IMG/VR virus record: IMGVR_UViG_3300013767_000039
Location: 1-46,303 of that record
DNA length: 46,303 nt
Strand: one strand, 5' to 3'
From: a virus
This document shows positions 26,174-31,747 of this stretch, piece by piece. The notes below the pieces were generated by a model. It did not search any database. It saw only the letters and a list, made by a program, of their open reading frames with translations, and was not told the DNA's origin. Numbering within the stretch: position 1 is the stretch's first letter; every line of letters begins with the position of its first letter. Position numbers and translations under genes: made by a program.

Positions 26174-26185
26174 GTATCTATTACT

Positions 26186-26210
26186 TTGCTATAGTATGCT
26201 ATTATAGCAA
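26186..26210. promoter_or_regulatory. TGCTAT/ATAGCA half-site cluster upstream of the par promoter (candidate parS or operator)
   Basis: TTGCTATA-gtatgctat-TATAGCAA: an 8-bp inverted repeat with a third TGCTAT in the spacer. The same hexamers cluster at 28572-28611. Confidence 0.4.
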
Positions 26211-26239
26211 GTACATTAAAAGGGCAGGGTGCCCTAGGG

Positions 26240-26605
26240 TTACATACGACTCAGCAGCGCATCAGACTCAGCAATGGCCTTTTGAATGGAAAGCACCACA
26301 CGATGTAAGACCGTAGCATGGCCTTCCTCAGCCTGCTTCCACGTTCTATAGCGTTCGCAATGACCGTCCATAGGACCACCGAACACCATGGTCTCGTATA
26401 GGACAGGAGAGGGATTGGTAGGATCGAAGTTATGGTCAAGGCCTAGGAAAACCGTTGATACACTACAGTCTTCTGCGGGGTGGTCTTCAGCTACCCTACG
26501 GTCTGCGGTCTCAAACCATTTGGCCCAAGAGAGCATGTCACTGCAGGGCAGCGCACGCCTCCCGTGGAGCTTGTAGTAGCGCGGTTTAGCGAACATCATT
26601 TTCAA
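26240..26605 (-). CDS. Hypothetical protein (about 119-121 aa; ATG at 26599 likely)
   Basis: Clean ORF. The VSTVFLGLDHNF...YETMVFGG...RYRTWKQAEEGH pattern looks like a conserved phage protein of unknown function. Confidence 0.65.
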   Translation of the reverse strand: MKMMFAKPRYYKLHGRRALPCSDMLSWAKWFETADRRVAEDHPAEDCSVSTVFLGLDHNFDPTNPSPVLYETMVFGGPMDGHCERYRTWKQAEEGHATVLHRVVLSIQKAIAESDALLSRM

Positions 26606-26783
26606 TCTGGTCTGCGAGGTTCCTCAGGAGCTGGGGGAGGTTCATTTGGATTTCCATGGGCGCCTGAACACTGAAGCCCGACCCGTGAATCCCCTTAAAG
26701 ACCATGAGGACGATTCCTTGGGCTCCTGTTGACTGTCGGGCTGCTGTGCAGGCGTTATCATATTTGCCTGGGCCGATTGGCAT
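26586..26783 (-). CDS. Hypothetical protein (65 aa)
   Basis: GGAGA lies 7 nt before ATG 26783. It overlaps the 3' part of ORF 26642..26989 in another frame and overlaps the next gene start. Confidence 0.45.
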   Translation of the reverse strand: MPIGPGKYDNACTAARQSTGAQGIVLMVFKGIHGSGFSVQAPMEIQMNLPQLLRNLADQIENDVR

Positions 26784-26989
26784 TCTCTGTTCTCCGGATG
26801 GGTGACGATGACTTGCCCAGCCTCAAAGGCGTTGCGGCACTGCTGGCCTAGCACCTTGCGGTCTGTGGGGTCATCATGGTTCATGACGTAGCTACGCAGG
26901 GGCTCCATGTCGTTCCTGAAGTCCCACAGGGAGGCGTAGACCATCACACGGACTCTGAGCGGATTTGACATAAGCTTTATTATGCGCAT
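26642..26989 (-). CDS. Hypothetical protein (start uncertain: GTG 27001, ATG 26989 or ATG 26971)
   Basis: The N-terminal about 70 aa look coding. The C-terminal about 45 aa are low-quality and overlap the 65-aa ORF. Confidence 0.45.
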   Translation of the reverse strand: MRIIKLMSNPLRVRVMVYASLWDFRNDMEPLRSYVMNHDDPTDRKVLGQQCRNAFEAGQVIVTHPENRECQSAQANMITPAQQPDSQQEPKESSSWSLRGFTGRASVFRRPWKSK

Positions 26990-26997
26990 CTGACAGA

Positions 26998-27228
26998 TCA
27001 CTCACGGGGAGGGCGCTCTTTGGTGATGTCCTCAAAGAACTGGCGGTCAGCTTCAGCCATTCGCCTTTCGTGTCTCACGTGCGCCCACAGCATCCCTAGG
27101 GCTGAGAGACCACTCACTACGGAAAGGCCAGTGTTGCCCCAATACAGGTTGAGGAAGCACATCAGCACGTTGAAGATGCCCACCAGATCGAACGTCAGTT
27201 TCGGGAGCAACGGGAGTTTCATGGTCAT
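26998..27228 (-). CDS. Small membrane protein (76 aa, two TMDs)
   Basis: The TMDs are LVGIFNVLMCFLNLYW and LSVVSGLSALGMLWA, followed by a charged C-terminus. Confidence 0.6.
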   Translation of the reverse strand: MTMKLPLLPKLTFDLVGIFNVLMCFLNLYWGNTGLSVVSGLSALGMLWAHVRHERRMAEADRQFFEDITKERPPRE

Positions 27229-27234
27229 TGTTCG

Positions 27235-27504
27235 TCATCTTTGAACCACCGATTTAATCGGACGCTTGACCCACCCCAAGGCGCTGTAGTTGTCTGCGCA
27301 CTCATTGATTTCCGCTTGCGCGATAATGGGGAAGAGCCCTGGCGTGATGTTCGTGCAAAGGTGTGTTTGGCCTGTCTGTGGATTCTGCATCATGGCGGGA
27401 GTGGTACAGCCAGCCAGCAGGGTTACTGCAGCAATCAACACGGCACGCATAAGGCTCCTTGGTCGGTAAAGGGGACGCACATCGTTGCTGAAATCATCAG
27501 TCAT
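27235..27504 (-). CDS. Lipoprotein (89 aa)
   Basis: Signal peptide with lipobox LLAG-C (AAVTLLAGCTT). The start is ATGA-coupled to the upstream small ORF. Confidence 0.7.
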   Translation of the reverse strand: MTDDFSNDVRPLYRPRSLMRAVLIAAVTLLAGCTTPAMMQNPQTGQTHLCTNITPGLFPIIAQAEINECADNYSALGWVKRPIKSVVQR

Positions 27505-27656
27505 CGGGTGTTCTCCCTCAGCTCACGGGCAACCCATTTGCCCCATCCAAGGAATGCTACACCCACCAAAGCCCCACGCAGAATCTGGTACACCGGCCAC
27601 AGCGCCATGCGCGCCAGTACCTTGTGGGGCGCGTTCATGTTCTTTTTCATCATCAT
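27501..27656 (-). CDS. Small membrane protein (51 aa; MMMKKNMNAPHKVLARMALWPVYQILRGALVGVAFLGWGKWVARELRENTR), below the track cutoff
   Basis: Hand-translated. The ATG overlaps the integrase stop (ATGA) and AGGAGAG lies upstream. Its stop overlaps the lipoprotein ATG (ATGA). Confidence 0.5.
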   Translation of the reverse strand: MMMKKNMNAPHKVLARMALWPVYQILRGALVGVAFLGWGKWVARELRENTR

Positions 27657-28474
27657 CTGGTCTCTCTCCTAACGATCCTCTTGAGGTCTGCCGTGGACAG
27701 GTGGGCGTACCTCTTGGTGGTCTCAATGTTTTCATGACCCAAGAATTCCTTGACGGCCATGATGTTCCCTGAGTCTGCCAGCAGTCGGGTTGCAGCCGTG
27801 TGACGGAGGATATGCAGGACAAAATCAGCATCGTCCTCCATCCCCATGGCCGTCCTCAGGCGTTTCCAGAGCTGGTCAATCTTATTCTTGTTCAAGGTGA
27901 ACGGCAGGGCACCCTTCAGGGCTTCTATAGCCGTGTCAGTCAGGGGCACCACGCGGCTCTTGCCTGTCTTAGTGTCGGGAGCCCACAGGTGTACCTCATC
28001 CCCACGGACATCCTTGGGCTTGAGATTCACCAGCTCCCCACGGCGCATCCCGGTCTCAATCAGGACGGTAACGAAGCGGGCAAACTCAAACTCGCCCCAT
28101 GCCTCCAGCAGGGCCATCATCTGCCGCTCTTCCTCAGGCTCAATCCAGCGGATGCGCCCCTCAGGTTCATCGTAGAACTTGATTTTGGGCATTCGCTCAA
28201 TCCAGTCCCGATCATGTGCGAACTTGAGCACCTGAAAGATATTCACCAGCTTGCGATTAACCGTGCTGTCCTTAATGGTGCCGCGGACCTCACGCAACCA
28301 AGCGTCAATGGACAGGGTGGTGACCTCAGCCAGCTTGAGGTTCCCTACCACGTCAATGAAGCCCTCCACGTTGCGGTAAGCCGTCTTTTCGTAGGCCTTA
28401 CCCATCCACAGGTCTTTGGCGCAATACCGCAGAAGTTCCTTCAGATTCGCTGGCGCTTTCATGGTGACGGCCAT
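27653..28474 (-). CDS. int: Tyrosine recombinase/phage integrase (273 aa)
   Basis: ETGMRRGELVNL (Arg I), HILRHTAATRLL (H-x-x-R) and LGHENIETTKRYAHL (catalytic Tyr) are present. GGGAGGG SD. Confidence 0.9.
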   Translation of the reverse strand: MAVTMKAPANLKELLRYCAKDLWMGKAYEKTAYRNVEGFIDVVGNLKLAEVTTLSIDAWLREVRGTIKDSTVNRKLVNIFQVLKFAHDRDWIERMPKIKFYDEPEGRIRWIEPEEERQMMALLEAWGEFEFARFVTVLIETGMRRGELVNLKPKDVRGDEVHLWAPDTKTGKSRVVPLTDTAIEALKGALPFTLNKNKIDQLWKRLRTAMGMEDDADFVLHILRHTAATRLLADSGNIMAVKEFLGHENIETTKRYAHLSTADLKRIVRRETR

Positions 28475-28506
28475 TGTAACCCTCCCGTTACGTTTAAGTC
28501 TAGCTT

Positions 28507-28543
28507 AAAAAAATGAGACACCTAAGTTACTCAGGTATCTCAT
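28507..28543 (-). terminator. Rho-independent-type terminator just upstream of int
   Basis: The minus strand reads ATGAGAtACCT-gagtaactt-AGGTgTCTCAT followed by T7, only about 30 nt before the int start. Confidence 0.5.
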
Positions 28544-28571
28544 CGTAGTACATCACTGCTACTGGTGTCAA

Positions 28572-28611
28572 GCTATGCGCTATCGGTTGCTATGATAGCA
28601 GACTATAGCAA
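28572..28611. promoter_or_regulatory. Second cluster of GCTAT/ATAGC half-sites
   Basis: aGCTATgcGCTATcggtTGCTATgATAGCAgacTATAGCAA: five half-sites, including the palindrome TGCTAT-g-ATAGCA. It shares TATAGCAA/TTGCTAT with 26186-26210. Confidence 0.35.
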
Positions 28612-28629
28612 ATGTGTTGAATGTATGGC

Positions 28630-28698
28630 TCAGCCAATACGAGTCAAGCACATATAGACCACGCCTATAAGAATAAGCGCAATGATAGACAGCATCAT
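28630..28698 (-). CDS. Possible 22-aa hydrophobic peptide (MMLSIIALILIGVVYMCLTRIG)
   Basis: Hand-translated. The ATG overlaps the mazG stop (ATGA). It is a single hydrophobic helix and very short, so the call is weak. Confidence 0.25.
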   Translation of the reverse strand: MMLSIIALILIGVVYMCLTRIG

Positions 28699-29003
28699 CG
28701 GTTGTCTCCCGAACCTTGGATAACCCCCCGCTCCTGACGACTCTTGAGCTTGGTGAGGTTGGTGTTGGCAATGTCGTCAAGGTTTAGCCCATGGTCGTCA
28801 GCCAGTGCGGCAACGAACCACAGAACATCCCCCAGCTCTTTGGCTACGTATTGGGTGTCAAGGTGCTTGTGGTCACGCTGGGCTTTGGCATACGCGCCAT
28901 ACAGCTCACCCACCTCACCAATCAGGCCGTCTTTGGCGTACTGGTGGTTAGCCGATGGCAGGCGATAGCCCATGGCCTCAGCCTGGTAGTGATACAGGTG
29001 CAT
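28695..29003 (-). CDS. mazG: MazG-like nucleoside triphosphate pyrophosphohydrolase (102 aa)
   Basis: LIGEVGELYGAY and ELGDVLWFVAALA (E-x-x-E ... E-x-x-D metal-binding helices) are present. The C-terminal NLTKLKSRQERG is typical. Confidence 0.85.
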   Translation of the reverse strand: MHLYHYQAEAMGYRLPSANHQYAKDGLIGEVGELYGAYAKAQRDHKHLDTQYVAKELGDVLWFVAALADDHGLNLDDIANTNLTKLKSRQERGVIQGSGDNR

Positions 29004-29236
29004 TACTTCGCCTGTGGTCCAGAGGCAGGCTGACTGACGACATGCGCAGACGGCACAAAGACAGTCTTAGGCTTGGCTACGGCAACCTCTGTAGGGTGAG
29101 CTGCAGTCACGGAGGGGTGGGCCACAGTCACCACAGGGTGAGCTGCAACAGCTACCGGGTGTGCGGCAACCACAGTGATTGCATGGGAGGCCTGTGCTGC
29201 GAACAGCAGAGAGAGGGTCAGTAGGAGCTTTTTCAT
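29003..29236 (-). CDS. Secreted small protein (77 aa) with four AHP repeats
   Basis: Signal peptide MKKLLLTLSLLFAAQASHA. The mature part is ITVVAAHPVAVAAHPVVTVAHPSVTAAHPTEVAV... Confidence 0.6.
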   Translation of the reverse strand: MKKLLLTLSLLFAAQASHAITVVAAHPVAVAAHPVVTVAHPSVTAAHPTEVAVAKPKTVFVPSAHVVSQPASGPQAK

Positions 29237-29418
29237 ACTGGTACGTAGACAGTGTTCAGGGTTTCAATGCGGCCAGTCTCTTCGTCATACGAAAGGACAC
29301 GGGAGGTGTTGACCCAATCCCCGTTGAGGTGACCCCGTGGATGGTCTACCGGAATGAGTGAGCCACGATGGCCCACCACAGCCGCATAGAGCTTTTCATA
29401 GCGGACTGTTGGCTTCAC
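29233..29418 (-). CDS. Hypothetical protein (61 aa)
   Basis: ORF with 4-nt overlaps to both neighbours. Confidence 0.55.
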   Translation of the reverse strand: MKPTVRYEKLYAAVVGHRGSLIPVDHPRGHLNGDWVNTSRVLSYDEETGRIETLNTVYVPV

Positions 29419-29789
29419 AGGCTGTCTACCAGGCGGTCCAGATAGAACTTGGCTTTCTTCAGGTCTTCCTCACCGTTCTTGTCCATGAAGCGGGTAAGGT
29501 ATTCCCAAGCACGGCTCCAGCAGTCAACCTGATGCATGTCAAGGTAGACCTCCATGGAGCTGTCAATCTTGTCCAAGAGCACCTTGCGAACATCAATGAC
29601 CTCCATGCCGTTACCAAGGTCATAGTGCTTCGGTTTGTACACAGCGTCATGCACTACACTGTGCGCTTGCACAGCGCGGTAGGCGTTCCACAGGTCTTCG
29701 TTGGTTTTGCTGCGGACTTCACCCACCATGCCATAGTCATGCACCGGGTTGACCAGCATTCGATCCCGATTGTTGTTTACGGTTTCCAT
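29415..29789 (-). CDS. Phage protein resembling the DUF3310 family (124 aa)
   Basis: KPKHYDLGNGMEVIDV ... AWEYLTRFMDK ... DLKKAKFYLDRL fits the remembered pattern (HY ... iE-id ... KY-Ra ... dl-KA-Yl). Confidence 0.55.
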   Translation of the reverse strand: METVNNNRDRMLVNPVHDYGMVGEVRSKTNEDLWNAYRAVQAHSVVHDAVYKPKHYDLGNGMEVIDVRKVLLDKIDSSMEVYLDMHQVDCWSRAWEYLTRFMDKNGEEDLKKAKFYLDRLVDSL

Positions 29790-30505
29790 AGCTTCACTTC
29801 ATTCGTTTCAAAATCCCAATCCTCAGCTCGGAGAATTCGGGCCATACGTGCATTCATCAGGGCGTCCTCAGCCGTGAGACCAGCCTTGATATAGGCATCC
29901 TCTACGGTCTTCCACACAGCCCCGTGTTTCTTCAGGATTGCCTCAGCTCCCTTGGGTCCAGTGCCGGGGATACCTGAGTACCCATCGGTGTGGTCACCAG
30001 TGATGGTCTGAGTGAGGAAACGGTAGTTCGCCTCAGCTTCCGTGGACTCCACCCACTTGCCTGACGTATCGGGTGACAGGTGCCACATCCGACCAGGGAT
30101 AGTCAGTAGGTCTTTGTCCATGGAGCAGATGACAGCCTTACCCTTGAACTTGGTCATGAGAATGCCTAGGCAGTCATCAGCCTCAAGCACATCCTTTTCC
30201 ATGTGGGGGTAGGTTTCCTTTGCCCAGCTCTTGAGGGCCATGTAGCCCACAGGTTTGCGCCCCTTGCGATTGGCTTTGTAGCTGGGGTTCAGGGTCTTGC
30301 GGAAGTTCTGCAGGCCAGAGAAACACAGCTTGAATTCCTTCAGGCCTGTGTCCTCCTGGTACTTCTGAAGCAAAGAGGTAAAACGTTCCTTGGCCTTGTT
30401 GAGGTCCATGTGGACAGTCCAAGTGTCAACGTCCCACTCAATCTCTTCCTCAGCTCCTGTAGCGGCACTGAAGCACGGTATATCGGCGTCAATCAATAAC
30501 AGCAT
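29777..30505 (-). CDS. T7 gp6-like 5'-3' exonuclease/FEN (242 aa)
   Basis: NPSYKANRKGRKPVGY, ICSMDKDLLTIP, QTITGDHTDGYSGIPG and MARILRAEDWDF...KLWKP parallel T7 gp6 (NYKANRK..KKPVGY, SCDKDFKTIP, QTIKGDITDGYSGIAG, MARILRFNEYNF...YLWRP). Confidence 0.9.
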   Translation of the reverse strand: MLLLIDADIPCFSAATGAEEEIEWDVDTWTVHMDLNKAKERFTSLLQKYQEDTGLKEFKLCFSGLQNFRKTLNPSYKANRKGRKPVGYMALKSWAKETYPHMEKDVLEADDCLGILMTKFKGKAVICSMDKDLLTIPGRMWHLSPDTSGKWVESTEAEANYRFLTQTITGDHTDGYSGIPGTGPKGAEAILKKHGAVWKTVEDAYIKAGLTAEDALMNARMARILRAEDWDFETNEVKLWKP

Positions 30506-30747
30506 CAGTCGTATAGGGCTGCGACGAGTTTTCCTGCGGCATCCTCAAGGGCGTTCAACAGCACGCAGGCTTCGTCCTCATCCTCTTCCTCTTCTAAGCA
30601 GACGCAACTTAGGAAGTGGTCAATCAGCGTGCTCAGGTCAACCTCACACTCACCAACCTCAGTCCCGTTGATGTGAACCGGAATCATGAGCTTGTGGCCG
30701 TACAGGTACGGGTAGGTGTCTACAGTTTTGATTTCAGTGATAGTCAT
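30505..30747 (-). CDS. Hypothetical acidic, Cys-containing protein (80 aa)
   Basis: ORF with 1-nt and 14-nt overlaps to its neighbours; contains CLEEEEDEDEAC. Confidence 0.6.
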   Translation of the reverse strand: MTITEIKTVDTYPYLYGHKLMIPVHINGTEVGECEVDLSTLIDHFLSCVCLEEEEDEDEACVLLNALEDAAGKLVAALYD

Positions 30748-31747
30748 ATGCAGCTTCTATGAATGTTTGTGCTTGTGGTGCGACGATGGCGTTTCCGTAG
30801 GCGCGCAAGCGTCCCACTCTGGAGGGAGTCCCATGAGCCAACGGGCGTGTTCCGGGTTCAACTGGCCGCCACTTTCCATCGCGGCATCGGAGCCAGTCAG
30901 CAGCTCGCCAGTGGCCGTTAGTCGGGCCGGTCCCGGTTCCCCATAGTCCTTCACTGCCTCCGACAGATAGCCCGTTTGGCGTCCTGTGGCGGCTCTGCTG
31001 GGTCTCATCCCCTGCCGTTCTATGTGGTCCGTGGCGTTCGGTGTAGGCCATCCCGCAAAGGACACTTGCGTTCTCAGGTCCGAGACTTGTCCACCCCCGT
31101 GTGTACCCTTGCAGTGCGCTGCTGCTGGAGTGTTCCATCCCGCTAGGTTCGCCTGGCGTGGCAATTGGTCGAACCGGGGGCGCTGACCCTCCCGTGGGCG
31201 AATGTCGCAACCGGAGTCCTTCCAATCCCTGGTCGTCGGTGTCACCCAGCCTGCCAATCCAGTAGGTTCTATCTCGGATGTGCGGAGCACCGATGCCCGC
31301 AGCCGGGAAAGCAACCGCCCCCGTGGCATAACCCAAGGCTTCCAAGTCATCTTGTACAAGCTGGAGCCAAGGCTCTGCGTCATTGCTCGCAACCTGTTCT
31401 CCAAAGATGACTGGAGGTTTGCACTGCGTGATGAGGTAGTGCATGTGGGGCCAAAGATGCCGCTCGTCAGACATCCCAGCGCCTCTGCCTGCCTTGGAGA
31501 ATGGTTGGCAAGGGCAGGAACCTGTCCATACCTCACGGTCATCTGGAAATCCAGCGTTGCGCAGGGCAAGACTCCAGACCCCGATTCCAGCGAAGAAATG
31601 CACTTGCTTGAACCCACGCAGCTCTGCTGGTGTGATGTCACGTATGTCCCTTTCATCCACTACGCCTGGCGCAATGTGTCCTCCCTCGATGAGGTTACGG
31701 AGCCACTGTGCGGCGTAGGGTTCAATCTCGTTGTAAAAAGCTGTCAT
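30734..31747 (-). CDS. DNA (cytosine-5)-methyltransferase (337 aa, frame A)
   Basis: Motif I HFFAGIGVWS, IV GSCPCQPFSKAG, VI IFGEQV, VIII GAPHIRDRTYW and X YGNAIVAPQA are present. The region between VIII and X is low-complexity. Confidence 0.9.
   Translation of the reverse strand: MTAFYNEIEPYAAQWLRNLIEGGHIAPGVVDERDIRDITPAELRGFKQVHFFAGIGVWSLALRNAGFPDDREVWTGSCPCQPFSKAGRGAGMSDERHLWPHMHYLITQCKPPVIFGEQVASNDAEPWLQLVQDDLEALGYATGAVAFPAAGIGAPHIRDRTYWIGRLGDTDDQGLEGLRLRHSPTGGSAPPVRPIATPGEPSGMEHSSSSALQGYTRGWTSLGPENASVLCGMAYTERHGPHRTAGDETQQSRHRTPNGLSVGGSEGLWGTGTGPTNGHWRAADWLRCRDGKWRPVEPGTRPLAHGTPSRVGRLRAYGNAIVAPQAQTFIEAAYDYH
30757..31656 (-). other. Nested +1-frame ORF (frame B, 299 codons) inside the methyltransferase gene, with protein-like repeats and an MTase-like C-terminal motif
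   Basis: Frame B contains LAGWVTPTTRDWKDSG, LAGWNTPAAAHCKGTHGG, FAGWPTPNATDHIERQG and LYKMTWKPWVMPRGRLLSRLRASVLRTS. It ends with GQLNPEHARWLMGLPPEWD. See the findings. Confidence 0.35.

Noticed and set aside
27800-28516. 238-aa plus-strand ORF
   Set aside because: It is antisense to the integrase gene and has no motifs or SD.
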